A stretch of 64,000 nt of DNA, taken from Mustelus asterias (taxonomy: Eukaryota). Below are positions 13,273-26,574 of the stretch, piece after piece. The DNA is taken from contig NC_135822.1 of NCBI RefSeq assembly GCF_964213995.1, positions 24,118,001 through 24,182,000 of the forward strand, written 5' to 3'. The notes under the pieces were generated by a model, which made no database searches, had not been told where the DNA came from, and was given only the letters and a program-made list of their open reading frames with translations. The first letter of the stretch is position 1. Each line of letters starts with the position of its first letter. Made by a program: the position numbers and the translations under genes.

Positions 13273-13606
13273 CCAGAGGTTCCAACTCCTGCACCAGCTC
13301 CTTCCAGATTGGCTCAATGTGAACGCAGCTGAAACACCAATCGGAAGTCACTTTGATGAGATACAGTTTCTTGTAACTGTCTGGCACAACCTCAGTCATG
13401 TACTGCGAGAAATGCAGTAAGTACTTATCGTCGAATGAGTCACGGGCAGAATTAAACTGGAACTGAAAAAAGGAGTCATCGAAGAAGAAGCTGTCGTATT
13501 TGTGGAAACCCCGGAAGTGGTGCTGCGCATGTTGGAGATTCCCTGGCTGTCCATCAGCATCTCCGTACTTATCAAAATTCGACCTCCTCTCCTCATTTGA
13601 AAGAAT
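13273..13606 (-). CDS. DNAJC16: DNAJC16 exon 4 (end of J domain, thioredoxin CxxC)
   Basis: tag|ATT...G|gtatgt; ILSNEERRSNFDKYGD...LIKVTSDWCFSCVHIEPIWKELVQELEPL. Confidence 0.96.
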
Positions 13607-16600
13607 CTAAAGCAAGAAAAGAGTTCATCAGTTGGCACAGTGAGCAAGGCTTTCACTCTAACTTCATGGGATGTGTAATAATGACACCCATAATACAGAC
13701 TGGGAGCTATTTGTGCCCATCATCTTTCCATTGTGAACTAGCGTCAGGGACACGGGTTCGATTCCCAGCTTGGGTCACCATCTGTGCGGCGTCTGCACGT
13801 TCTCCCCGTGTCTGCGTGGGTTTCCTCCGGGTGCTCTGGTTTCCTCTCACAATCCAAAAGGCGTGCTGGTTAGGTGCATTGGCCATGCTAAATTCTACCT
13901 CAGTGTACCCGATCAGGTGCCGGACTAGGGGATTTTCAGAGTAACTTCATTGTGGTGTTAATGTAAGCCTACTTGTGGCATTAATAAATAAACTAAGCTA
14001 AACAAAAAGAGTATTTTTTTTGTACAGCTGAATTCATAAGTTCTAGGAAGTTGCATAAAGATTGCAATGTAAAAGAAAATACAAAAATAGAAAGAGATAT
14101 ATTGATGATTTGGCTAAGGTGCACAGCGTATAATTTCAAACTTTATAGATGACCAGAAACTCAGAAATGTAGTAAACAATGAAGAGGATGGCAACAGACT
14201 TCAGGAGGGCAGAGTTGAAACGGGCAGTCACTTGGCAGATGAAGTTTAATGTACAAAAGTGTGAAGGGATACATTTTGTTAGGGAGAATGAAAAAAGGCA
14301 ATACAATTATATAGGAGGTGCAGGAAGAGAGGAGGGGAGTGTACACAAATCCTTGAAGGTGTAGGACAAATTGAGAAGATGTTAAAAAGGCCATTTGGAA
14401 TTCATGCCTCTATTGATAGCAGCCTGAAGTACAAAACCAAGCTAATTATGTTAAACTGTTATAAAACACTAGCTCGGCTCAGTTGGGTGGCACACTTCAC
14501 GAAGGATATCAAGTTCTTAGAGGATTCAACCATTGCTTGATCAAAATCCTGGAACAACTTCTACCTAGGACAAGGGCAGCAGACACATGGGGAAAAGTTA
14601 ACTTAATTGGGTAAGAGTTGTTTCTTTAATTTGTATGCGTTTTAATAAAACTAAGTTTGAACCACAGTCCTTTGTTTGTCTCAAAGTAAGAGCACCTGGG
14701 TAAACACATTTATGAGTAATAAACTGGTTGAAGTGTCTGGCTAGAATATTTCACAGGCAGCAAAATATATCAGCGTTCCTTCATTGTCGCTGGGTTAAAA
14801 TCCTGAAACTCCCTCACTAGTAACACCAAGAGTGTATCTACATCACATAGACTGCAGTGATAATTAGGGCAATTAAGAATGGGCAATAAACACTGGCCTT
14901 GGCACTCCATGAATTAATAAAAAATAATTCAGGAAATTTGATGGAGATGTTCAATGTGATCAACATTAACAAAGGGAAAGTGTTTCCAGTGATAGAAGCA
15001 TCAATAATCTGGAGATACTGATCTAAAGGTAAAAGTACCAGATGTGAGATGAGGATTTGTTTTGTATATACAAAGTGAATTATGATCTGGAGGCAGATTC
15101 AACAAAAAATTACAAAAAGAAATTTGATAAATACTTGGAGGGAAAAATGAAAGGCCAAAGGAAAACAAAATGGGAAAGTAGGACGAGTTAGATAACTCTA
15201 AACTAAAAGATCTGGCAAAGGTACAATGGTCTCCTGAGGTACAATTGCTTCTAATGGAAGGATCTTCCCAGTTCCACAGGGGTCAGGCTTGAAAGTGAGA
15301 CCAGGAAGAACTTCACAGAAGTTGATGTTGAGTCAGCAGACCAATACGTTCCTGCCTTCAGATGATCTTCACAGATGAAGGGTTATCACCTGGAAAGTTG
15401 GATACCAAACTGTATAATTAACTCCCTATTTGTGGGCTGATTGTGCATACCACTACAGGTGCCCCCAGTGCCAACAAGACTGACAGGGGCCTGAAGACTT
15501 GGCTGGTGACTCGTCTACAGGGCTGCACAAGGCCTCCGACAATCACTCATTGCTGACAATCCTCAGGGAGGGCTTCCCCTCCACAGGGGTGGTTTCACAA
15601 CGTGGCCAGAGTCTTTAAAACAAAAGTTATAACACCTTCAGATGCATCAAGATTGACTCATGTGCCCTCATGTTCCCAGGCCCACAGTGGTAGCACCCAG
15701 CTCCAGCAGCTGGGCTGCCCTCCTTCCAAGGCTGAAGGTCCTCTGATTGTGCCTACAGCCTCAGGGGATGCTGATCTAAAGGTAAAAGCACCAGATATCA
15801 TGGTGGATCCATGGGGCCTCTCAATTGTTGCCTCCAGGAAGATCTTCCAGGCAAGCATCCTGACAGTTAGAGCAGGGCCTGGACCTGGAAATTGTCCTAA
15901 TGCACACGTATGCCCTAAGAGCAGATGATTCCTTCCTATGATAGCACATGAATCTGGTAGATGATCTGAAGATAAAGGGATAACCAGAGAAGACGTTTTC
16001 CTAAATGACTGTTTGTAGCAGACATGCCTCCAAGTTTCATGCCAGAGGCGCAAGCACAAATCAAGGCTTACAATCCAGCGCACTAGTGAGGGAAGATAGC
16101 AATTTAGGAGGTGCCATCTTTCGCACAAGATGTTATACCAAGGCTATTCCTGTTCTCTCCGGTGGACATAAAAGATCCCATGACGCTCTCTCAAAGAGCA
16201 GGGGAGTTGTCCCCAATGTCCTGGCCAATATTTATCCCTCAAATCAACATCACAAAAACAGATTGCTGTTTATGTGAGTGTGTTGTGTTCGCAAATTGCC
16301 TGCCATATTACTTACAATACAACAGTAACCATGCTATGGGGGCACAGTGGTTTGCACTGCTGCCTCATTCTCCTTGTATCTGCGTGGGGTTCCACGGAGT
16401 GCTTCGGTTTCCTCCCACAGTCCAAAGATGTGCAGGTTAGGTGGATTAGCCACGGTAAATTGCCCCTTAGTGTCCCAAGATGTGTAGGTTGGGGGATTAG
16501 TGGGGCAAGTGCATGGGGTAAGGGGTGGGCCTGGGTAAGATACTTTGTCGAAGAGTCGGTGCAGACCCAATGGGCCAAATGGCCTCGTTCTGCACTGTAG

Positions 16601-17232
16601 GGATTCTATTCTATTCTTCCAAAAGGTATTTTATTGGCTGTAAAGCACTTTGGGATGTCGAGTAGTCCTAAAAGGAACTATATAAATATGAGTCTTCATT
16701 TTTACATTCACAGAATGTGAAGTACCACGCCTGAAGTAGGTATTATCCTGATTTATTTGATCTCCACATGGACATGAACTAATATCAAATAGTATAGAAT
16801 GTAGGGAAACTCAAGGGTTGTCAATAGTGCTGAGTCTATTTAGTGGCTTTATGGACTATAAGAAAAAATACCTATTGTAAATGGGTCTACAGTAGGAGCA
16901 GTATGAACTGTAACTTCTCCCCCATAGAATAACAATGAAAATATAATGTATAACCCATCTGACCAGACAATATTTGTGATGAGACACTTGATCTTTTGTT
17001 AATAACTCAAAGAACTGCTTTTTATGGAAAGATATTCTTGATTCTACCTACATAAAAGGAACTATTACTTAATTCATTAAGGAAATATCTATGCAACAAT
17101 AGAGTAAAATAATTCAGGCTTCAGAAAATCCTGACAAAACTCAAACAAATAGCAATGGACTTCAGTCATTACACATTGTAGGAAATCTATGAGTAAATCT
17201 TTATATTATTTCTACACAAAGATTTGAATTAC

Positions 17233-17299
17233 CTCGTATGCTTTGCTAATCTGAATGAACTGATCTTCTGCCTTTGGATCCTTATTCTTGTCAGGGTGC
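17233..17299 (-). CDS. DNAJC16: DNAJC16 exon 3 (J-domain HPD motif)
   Basis: cag|G CAC CCT GAC...GAG|gtaatt; HPDKNKDPKAEDQFIQISKAYE, 67 nt. Confidence 0.96.
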
Positions 17300-17487
17300 C
17301 TGAAAAATAAACAAACATTGCTACAATTTCCCCCCCACAGGGACACAAACAGTCACATCTTATTCTGCCGCAAGATTTTTCCACCAGCCCAACTACACAG
17401 AACTGACTTGTACATTTTTTAAAATAATTTTCATTTTGTTGTGTGCTTTTCTTTGCTGCTTTTCTCCCCTTCCCTTCTAAAGCTAGT

Positions 17488-18242
17488 GGGGGCAATTCTC
17501 CCATCCTGCTGCACTGCTTTTATAGTGGACTGGGAGACTCTAGTGATGGCTGATTCGCTCTGGATGTCCGGGTCTCTGCATGCCAGCTCTGTGCCGCAAA
17601 TCAGCGTGGAGCTGCATAATGTATTCAGCTGCTCATTGTAATATCATTTAAATCCAATTAGTCGACACGAAACGGAAATCTCCAGGCCCACCCCCCGCCC
17701 CTCAAGTGGTTCACTCCACCGGGGTGGGGCAATCTGTGGCCCCAGAGGGTTTGCTGCGGAGGGGGAGGGGTTGTCCCCTGGGCGCTGCCACCATGGCAGT
17801 GCCAGCCTGGGCCCCAGGCACTGCCCAAGGGGCAAAGTGTCAATTCCCAGAGGGCATCTTGGCACTGCCCACCAGGCATCAGGTAGTACCAAGGGGCAGG
17901 GCCTAATGGGGGTGGGAACGGGGTGTCCTGCTGCCACTCTACATTTTGGACTGAGGGACAGAGTGAGGGAGGCCAGCTTGCTGGGGATCGGGTCGGGGCA
18001 GCCGATGGATCCGGGGTGCCGATCTCGACACTGATAAATCGTCAGTGGCCCGCTCAGCACTATGCTGCTGGCCTCACCAGCGGGAATAGGCCCTGCCCAC
18101 TGATTTTTGCACTGATTCATGCTAGTGCACTCTGCAGTGCCCAGAGTGTGGGAGATTCATTTTTAAACTCCCGCTGAGAAAAAAACAGTGGGATATACTC
18201 CAGTTTTTACGCGAATTTGAATTTTTTGGGAGAATCGCCCCC
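17488..18242. mobile_element. GC-rich non-autonomous DNA transposon (PIF/Harbinger-like MITE)
   Basis: TIRs gggggcaattctccca / tgggagaatcgccccc (1 mismatch), 3-bp flanking duplication agt; superfamily assignment is inference. Confidence 0.65.
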
Positions 18243-19194
18243 AGTGAATTTTGTCGGCAACAATTCCACTGGTCCCCAGCTACCCTTAAGATTTCAACTC
18301 AAAGTACCCATTCGTTATCTGTGACTCTAGATTACAAGAAAATAGTCTGCCAACATTTAGAGCGTATCGCAAGTGAGCTCCATTCTGACCATACACATGT
18401 ATTCTTCAGCAGTACTGCGATCAGGAGCAGAAACCTTGACAGATATTTCTCTTCCGTCTTGACTGAAATCAGCGCTGGTTATCTTGGGAGAGCCTCAAAG
18501 TATCTAAGAAATTTATGGCAGGGAACAAGGCCATTTGGTCTATTATGTCTCTGCCAGCCAAAAAAAAGTCATCCAGCCTAATCCCATTTTCCAGCTCTTG
18601 GTCCATAGCCTTGTAGGTTACAGCACTTCAAGAGCATTTCTGGGTACTTTTTAAGTGTGATGATGGGTTCTGTTGCTATCACTCTTTCAGGCAGCGAGTT
18701 CGAGACTCCCGCCACCTTACGGAAAGATAACTTTTCTCCGTTCCACTGTATTCCAATCACCGATTATTTTAAATTTACACCCTCTGGTTATGGAGTTCTC
18801 TGCTAAGAAAATAGATCCTTCCCATCCACTCTATCTAGATCCTTCATAATTTTATACACTTCAGTTAAATCTTCCCTCAGGTTTCTCCATTCCAGAGAAA
18901 ACCACCCAGTCTAACCAGTCTTTCCCGAAAGCTAAAATTCATCATTCCTCGTGATTCCTAGCAACATTCACGAATTCTCCTCTTGTGTCCACTCTAATGC
19001 AATCCTTATGGCTTACTTACATACTGAATGATGCATTTAATCGCTAAACCATTAGAGAGCTCCAGCGACATACAATTTTCACCAACCAAGCTAGGAATAC
19101 TTACAACATCTTTTCATACTAGACAGTGCCTTCATTCAGCGGGAAATATAACACCGCCCATTAAACAGAGAATAACAAATAGCCAAGTTGATTA

Positions 19195-19640
19195 AGACCA
19201 TAAGACATAGGAGCAGAATTGGGCCACTCGGCCCATCGAGCCTGCTCCATCATTCAATCATGGCTGATATTTTTCTCATCCCCATTCTCCTGCCTTTTCC
19301 CCATAACCCCCGATCCCCTTATTAATCAAGAACCTATCTATCTCTGTCTTAAAGACACTCAATGACCCGGCCTCCACAGCCTTCTGCGGCAAAGAGTTCC
19401 ACAGATTCACCACTCTCTGGCTGAGGAAACTCCTCCTCATCTCTGTTTTAAAGGATCGCCCCTTTAGCCTGAGGTTGTTCTCTCTGGTTCTAGTTTTTCC
19501 TACTAGTGGAAACATCCTCTCCACGTCCACTCTATCCAGGCCTCGCAGTATCCTGTTAAGTTTCAATAAGATCCCTCCTCATCCTTCTAAACTCCAACGA
19601 GTACAGACCCAGAGTCATCAACCGTTCCTCATACGACAAG
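19195..19640 (-). mobile_element. CR1/HER1-like LINE 3' end
   Basis: RGLDRVDVERMFPLVGKTRTR...SQRVVNLWNSLPQKAVEAGSLSVFKTEIDRFL. Confidence 0.88.
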
Positions 19641-19981
19641 CAAAGAGATTACAAGGGGTGCTCAGATGAAATCAAATTGTCGTTCAAACTTCACCAATGG
19701 TACAGCGCTTTAACAAACCTACAGATTTTGTTTCTAGTGTTGACAGGCTTTACTGCTTTCAAACCTTCTGTCCAGAGTTTCCTGAAGTTTGAAAGGCCAG
19801 CAAAATAAATCATACTGACCCCACATTCCCTTTCATGTGTTTCTTTAAGACCTGCCTCAGATGTCAGACTAGATTTATAAGGATGAACATTGCACTGGAA
19901 AAACGCAGTCCTTGGACACAAAGTCTACACACAGGTCTTTTCCCCAACCCAAAGATAACTAAAGTACAGGCAGAAACTCAC

Positions 19982-20154
19982 CACTCCCGAGCCAGTTGTT
20001 TGTAGGCTTTCTTTATTTCTGCTTGGGTTGCAGTTCTGCTGACTCCCAGTGATCTGTAAGGATCAAATTCTATTCCATGGTAGAGAGGCGTGATCAGCAG
20101 AAAGACTAAAAGCGCTAGCAACCTTCCAAAGGATGCCAACTGTAAACCAGCCAT
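19982..20154 (-). CDS. DNAJC16: DNAJC16 exon 2 (start codon, signal peptide, J-domain N-terminus)
   Basis: ttcag|A ATG; MAGLQLASFGRLLALLVFLLITPLYHGIEFDPYRSLGVSRTATQAEIKKAYKQLAREW|gtgagt. Confidence 0.95.
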
Positions 20155-21984
20155 TCTGAAAGTGATTTGAAATATGACAAATTAGGGCAATGATTCATAA
20201 CAAGAGGAGTCAGGAGTTCAAAATGACTCGGGGCCTTAAAAAATACTTCATTCAGAAGCTGAATTACAAAACTGATTCGCCCACTGTCTGTCGGAAGCGT
20301 TTAGCATAGTGACATGTGATGATAAATGATGAACAGCAGCAGAATCTTCAGGGTAGCCATTTCTGGCTGAAAGAACTTGGGAAGAGGGTTTAAGAAACAA
20401 AAATGCAACAGCAGCAACCTGTTCAAAGCGGACCATTTATTTGAAAACTGCGTACAGTTTTTAGTTACGGTTCTCATTTTAAGGAATAACCACCCTTGTA
20501 ACTTAATGCAAAAATATTGTTAAAGTTAATAAATATTCTCCACCTTTAAAAACATGATGCAGTTGGCATTCAGGACGGATTTGCGGTGATGTTAAACGGT
20601 AGGAGGATTAACAGAGTAAGGTATTTTCCTCTCCATCTCTCCTGATTATGGCTTCACAAGACAATGCAGGAGGTTTCCAAGAGTTAGTTTCGGCACAAGG
20701 ACAGCCACTGAGTGCCGGCAGGCTACTCAACCAGAAGGCCATCACTGCCATAACCAAACCTGTCTTCAATCATACACTTGACGCTTTCCAGCATTTGGGG
20801 AACTTAGTTGATTTTTTCATTCCTAGTCCAGGGACACCGAGCTTGACTGCAGCACCTTTGCTGAGATCGGCCAAAGAGTATCAAACCCGAGGTCTTCCTG
20901 GTACAATGGCTCAATGGATAAACAAAAGAATCACCAGGAGAGCTGGATGCAGATTTGATCTGCTCAGTTCTTCATCTGAATGATACCAAGTATAGAAACA
21001 TTGCATACAAGTTGGGTTACTGTACAGGCAAAATAGGCTGTATGGGGGGTGTGGTGAGATTCAATGCCTGATTGGCACAAACCTGGTGTCAATATTACCT
21101 AAAATCATCTAATACATCAAAAATATTTAAATTACAACTGTTCAAATGTCATAGCCATCAAAGGTAGTGAGTAGGTGAGCTTCACAGACTGCAAGATCTC
21201 AATTTCATTCCTGACTCCATTAAAACAGCAGCTGAACATGGGTACGTCAAAAAGAGATAGCTCAGGCACTGTCAAGGTATATTTCCTCAAAAGGGAAAGG
21301 TAGGGCAAACAAATCCAGAGCTCTCCAGATGACAAATGAAACAGAAATTATGATAAAGGCCTGTTTTGTGCTGTAGTTTTTCTATGTTTCTATCATGGGA
21401 CTTAATAGGATGGAGGGTTATAGGTAGGCCTAAAAGGTAGGGATATGTTCGGCACAACCTGTGGGGCCGAAGGGCCTGTTTTGTGCTGTAGTTTTTCTAT
21501 GTTTCTAAAGAAGAAAAGTGTGCTTATGACAGATATCATTTAGAAAATACAATTGCAAATCAGGCTGAATAAAGAACGTTCAGAGGAGAGGTGAAAAAGC
21601 AAATACTAGAAGCAAAGAGGGAGTATGACAAGAGACCGGCAGCTAACAAAAGAGATTCCCAAAGTCTTTTATTGGCATGTAAATAATAAAAGGGTAGTAA
21701 AAGGAGGAGGGCCGATTAGGAACAAAAGGGAATTTACATAACAATGTAATTAAAAAGAATTGATATGCTTTAATGGCAATTGCATTGTTTTAATACAATT
21801 ACACTGTTAAAAAAGGTAATGGGCATTTCTATACCTATAAATTGGGATAGCAGGGACATTGGAAATGGGGAGTAGAGTAGACTGTGAACTAAGTTAATAA
21901 CTCTCTCCAGCAAAGAAATGTCTTTGTTTTGACTTCACCATCCAGTATGGATCCAGTTAACATCACACATGGGAGCAGCAGCAT

Positions 21985-23110
21985 AGTCCCTCATGGCAGG
22001 CTGGTGCAAAAGGTTAAATCTCACGAGATAAAAGGTGAGCTAGCTCGATGGGTGGAGAACTGGCTTAGCCATAGAAGACAGAGGGTAGCAGTGGAGGGGT
22101 CTTTTTCCGGTTGGAGGTCTGTGACTAGTGGTGTTCCACAGGGCTCTGTACTGGGACCTCTGCTGTTTGCGATATATATAAATGATTTGGAGGAAGATGT
22201 AGCTGGTGTGATCAGTAAGTTTGCGGACGACACAAAGATTGCTGGAGTTGCGGATAATGATGAACATTGTCAGAGAATACAGCAGGATATAGATAGGCTG
22301 GAACATTGGGCGGAGAAATGGCAGATGGAATTTAATCCAGATAAATGCGAAGTGATGCATTTCGGTAGATCTAATGTAAGGGGGAGCTATACAATAAATG
22401 GCAGAACCATCAGGAGTATAGACACACAGAGGGACCTGGGTGTACAAGTCCACAGATCCTTAAAGGTGGCAGCACAGGTGGAGAGGGTGGTGAAGAAGGC
22501 ATATGGCATGCTTGCCTTTATTGGATGGGGCATAGAATATAAAAGTTGGCATATGATGTTGCAGCTGTATAGAATGATGGTTAGGCTACATTTGGAATAC
22601 TGCGTCCAGTTCTGGTCGCCACACTACCAGAAGGACGAGGAGGCTTTGGAGAGAGTACAGAGAAGGTTTACCAGGATGTTACCTGGTATGGAGGGTCTTA
22701 GCTATGAGGAGATTAGGTAAACTGGGGTTGTTCTCCCTGGAAAGACGGAGGATGAGGGGCGACCTAATAGAGGTGTATAAAATTATGAAGGGCATAGATA
22801 GAGTGAACAGTGGGAAGCTTTTTCCCAGGTCGGAGGTGACGAACACAAGGGGTCACGGGTTCAAGGTGAGGGGGGCAAGGTTCAACACAGATGTCAGGGG
22901 GACGTATTTTACACAGAGGGTGGTGGGGGCCTGGAATGCACTACCAAGCAAGGTGATTGAGGCGGACACGCTGGGATCGTTTAAGGCTTATCTAGATAAC
23001 CACATGAACAGACTGGGAATAGAGGGATACAAAAGAATGGTCTAGTGGGCGCATGAGCGGCACAGGCTTGGAGGGCCGAAGGGCCTGTTCCTGTGCTGTA
23101 TTGTTCTTTG
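21985..23110 (+). mobile_element. CR1/HER1-like LINE, 5'-truncated, RT domain to 3' tail
   Basis: VTSGVPQGSVLGPLLFAIYINDL...KFADDTK; one frameshift near 22710; CR1 tail gggccgaagggcctgtt. Confidence 0.95.
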
Positions 23111-23115
23111 AAGGT

Positions 23116-24560
23116 ATTAAATTAGTAGTCTGCATTTGTCTTTACCAAGGAAGATGATGCCACCCAGGCCATAGTAAAAGATGAGGTAATTCAGACACAA
23201 GAATGTTAAAGAGGATCTGTATTTAAGTTGATCAGGTACCAGTACTGGATGAGATGCATCCAAGGATACTGAGGGAAGTAAGAGTGGAAACTGCAAAGGC
23301 ACTAGAGATAATTTTTCAGTCTTCCTTGCACTCTGGGGTGGTGCAGAAAACTAGCAAATTAATGTTACCTCTTGTTCAAAAAAATGTAAAGATAGGCATA
23401 AGTACAGGCTAGTCAGTTTAACTTCTATGGTGGGGAAACTTCTAGAAACAACAATTCGGGACAAAGTTAATAGTCACCTGAACCAAAGCAGGTTAGTTAA
23501 GGAAAGCCAGCATGGATTTTTCAGGGAAAATCATGTTGAATTAACTTGCTGGAGTTTTTGAAGCAGTAACAGAGTGGCTTGATGAGGGCAATGCTGTACA
23601 TGGACTTCCAGAAGTCATTTGATACAGTGCCAGACTACAGATTTGTGAGCAAAGATATGGCTCATGGAATGAAAGGCACAGTAGCAACATGGATTTGAAG
23701 TTGGCTGAGTAAAAGGAAACAAATATTTTGGGGTTGGAGGAAGGCTTGTAGTGGAGTTCCCCAGGGGTCAGTGGGACCTTTGCTTTTCCAGATGTATATT
23801 TATAACCAAGACCTTGCTGTACAGGGCAGTTTCAAAATCTGCAGACAATAAGTGACCATAGCAAACTGAGAGGAAAATAAAAAACCCAAAAGGACATGGA
23901 CAAGTTGGTGGAATAAACAGGCAGGTGGCAGATAATGTTTAATGCAGTGAAATGTGAGGTGATTTATTTTCGTAGGAAGGACATGGAAAGGCAATACAAG
24001 GGTACAACTCTAAAGGGGGTGCAAGGGCAGAGGAACCTGGGTGAATATGTGCATAAGTCATTGAATTTGAAAGGACAGGTTGAAAGAACGGTTCATAAAG
24101 CATACAGGCTTTATTAATAGGGCCATAGAGTAAGGAGGTTATGTTGAACTTCTATACTAGTTTGGCCTCAGCTGGAGTACTGCATCCAGTTCTGGGTATA
24201 TTTTAGGATGCATATAAAGGCACTGAAGAGAATGCAGAATAGATTCACAAGAATGCTTCTGGGGATGATAAACTTCAGTTATGAAGACAGATTGGAGAAG
24301 TTAGGACTGTTTTCAATAAAGAGAAGGCTGACAGGGAGATTTGATAGCAGTATTCAAAATCATGAGGGATCTGGACAGAGTAGATAAGGAGAAACTTTTC
24401 CCACTTGTGAAAGGATCGTGAACAAGAGGGCACAAATTTAAAGCTATAAGAGAAAAAGCTTTTTCACACAGCACTGCCCGAGATTGTGGTGGAGGCAGGC
24501 TCAATCGAGGCATTCAAAAGGGAAACAGACTGTTATTTGAAAAGGAAGAATGTGCAGGAG
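23116..24560 (+). mobile_element. Older degraded CR1 LINE fragment
   Basis: FNAVKCEVIYF, agtggagttccccaggggtcagtg; many disablements. Confidence 0.8.
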
Positions 24561-24584
24561 AAGACTAAGAATGGCAGAAAATGG

Positions 24585-24920
24585 TGGCGGCACGGTAGCA
24601 CAGTGGTTAGCACTGCTGCCTCACAGCTCCAGGGACCTGGGTTTGATTCCCGGCTTGGGTCACTGTCTGTGTGGAGTTTGCACATTCTCCTCGTGTCTGC
24701 GTGGGTTTCCTCTGGGTGCTCCGGTTTCCTCCCACAGTCCAAAGATGTGCGGGTTAGGTTGAGGCTATGCTAAAATTGCCCCTTAGTGTCCTGAGATGTG
24801 TAGGTTAGAGGGATTAGTGGGTAAATATATAGGGATGTGGGGGTGGGGCCTGGGTGGGATTGTGGTCGGTGCAGAGTCGATGGGCCCAATGGCCTCTTTC
24901 TGTGCTGTAGGATTTCTATG
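24585..24920 (+). mobile_element. HE1-type V-SINE
   Basis: Full head, V-domain and CR1-like tail. Confidence 0.85.
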
Positions 24921-24921
24921 A

Positions 24922-25125
24922 AAATGTTTTAAAATCTCAGCAGGTCTGACAGCATCTGTGGAGAGAGAATGGAACTAACGTTTTGAGTCTGGATGACCCT
25001 TTGTCAGAGCATCTAGACTCGAAATGTTGGTTCTATTCTCTCTCCACAGATGCTGTCAGTCATGTTGAGATTTTCCGGCATTTTCTGTTTTTGTTTCAGA
25101 TTCCAGCATCTGCAGTATTTTGCTT
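24922..25125. mobile_element. Second family of fold-back repeat with degenerate hammerhead core (likely PLE-derived)
   Basis: cagcatctgtggagagagaa...ttctctctccacagatgctg inverted arms; core reads ctgacaaagggtcatccagactcaaaacgtt on - strand; related single arm at 28612-28720. Confidence 0.65.
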
Positions 25126-25456
25126 TTGATTAAGAACGACACTGGACGAAATGCTCATTCGGAGAGCAGGTGCAGACACGATGGACCAAATGGTCTCCTG
25201 CACTGTAACAATTCTGTGACTCTTAAATGGTCAGATTGGTTGCAGATTCCTTTCTTGAAGTTGCAAAGCCAATGCGCACGCAGAGTGGACAGGGCAAGTC
25301 CTCAATCTATCTCCTTGATTGCGCTAAAGGAACAATTCAAATGGAATAAATCTGCTCCTGACCACCACTATCCAGCAGCTCCTGCTGGGAAAGTGGGTGA
25401 ATGGGCCAGAACAGGGCTACTGCCATACAACAAGATGCACTGGCCAGTGCAATACT

Positions 25457-25648
25457 GTAAGAAGTCTCACAACACCAGGTTAAAGTCCAACAGATTTATT
25501 TGGTACCAAATAACATAAGCTTTCGGAGCTCAGCACTGAGCTCCGAAAGCTTATGGTATTTGGTACCAAATAAATCTGTTGGACTTTAACCTGGTGTTGT
25601 GAGACTTCTTACTATGTTTACCCCAGTCCAACGCCGGCATCTCCACAT
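25457..25648. mobile_element. Fold-back Penelope-like terminus, hammerhead core truncated at the centre
   Basis: Palindrome centred on gagctcag-ca-ctgagctc (~25535); TSD cagtgcaatact at 25445-25456 and 25649-25660. Confidence 0.88.
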
Positions 25649-26064
25649 CAGTGCAATACTCACAGACTGGACTCACACACGAAGAAAGGCCACATGGACA
25701 AAGTGCCAGAGAACAACCAGCTGCCATTGATCTGTGCACCAGCCTACAACCGAGAAGGGAGGAAATTCTGCAGGACAATAGAGAGGAGAAAAATCCTGGA
25801 TCACTCAACTGACTAAGAGAGAGAGAGAGGAAAAAGAGAGGTTAAACTACATCACTTGGAAATATTTATTTTGATGATTACAGAATCCTTATCCAGCTAA
25901 TGCTTCCCCCTTTTTACCCTGTCCTATTTAATGTTCTGTCTGCTGCTATTTTCTGGCCTGTCATTTGCCCCATTGTGCTCACATTGAGCAGCTCTGACTG
26001 ACTGAGAGAGAAGCCGCCTTCCCCCCTCCTCCGGGCTCTCCTTGTCCCCCCGCTCAATACTCAC

Positions 26065-26260
26065 CGACCCCAGTCCACACACCCGGAGTGATCCTGGAAC
26101 CGCTCACATTTTACTCGACCAAAGAGAGGGGGAGGGGAGGAGAGAGAAAAAAAAGAGAATTAAAGCTAAACGAAAATAAACGGCTCGCTCCTCCTTGACG
26201 CCGACTTCCGCTTTTGCGCTGTCGCCTCTCGGCCCACTCCCAAGGGGGTTGCTATGGCTG
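26065..26260 (-). promoter_or_regulatory. DNAJC16: Probable DNAJC16 CpG-rich promoter and non-coding exon 1
   Basis: Local CpG/GC enrichment, ETS-like GCGGAAGT, strong donor CG|gtgagt at 26065/26064; 5' boundary unknown. Confidence 0.7.
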
Positions 26261-26574
26261 CGAGGCCTGTGCCAAAAACCCACACAGCCGAAGCCTGCGG
26301 GCAGCATCTGTCACCCTGATCCAAGGAAACATCTCAAATAGCACTCAACTGCCAATCTAATCATCAAATTCATTTTTTAAAAAGTTTATTTCATTACTGT
26401 CACAAGTAGGCTCACATTAAGTATTAACATTTACATTTCATAAAGGGGCGGCACATTGGCAGAGCCGTTAGCACTGCTGCCTCACAGCGCCAGGGACCTG
26501 CTTTCAATTCCAGCCTTGGGTCACTGTCTGTGTGGAGTTTGCACATTCTCCCTGTGTCTGCGTGGGTTTCCTCC

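Noticed and set aside
20595-20645. Weak resemblance of the - strand to the U8 snoRNA 5' end
   Set aside because: Short, gapped similarity only; no C/D boxes at the expected positions.
21929-23045. Long RT ORFs as a host gene or active autonomous element
   Set aside because: 5'-truncated CR1 copy with a frameshift; lacks the endonuclease domain and ORF1.
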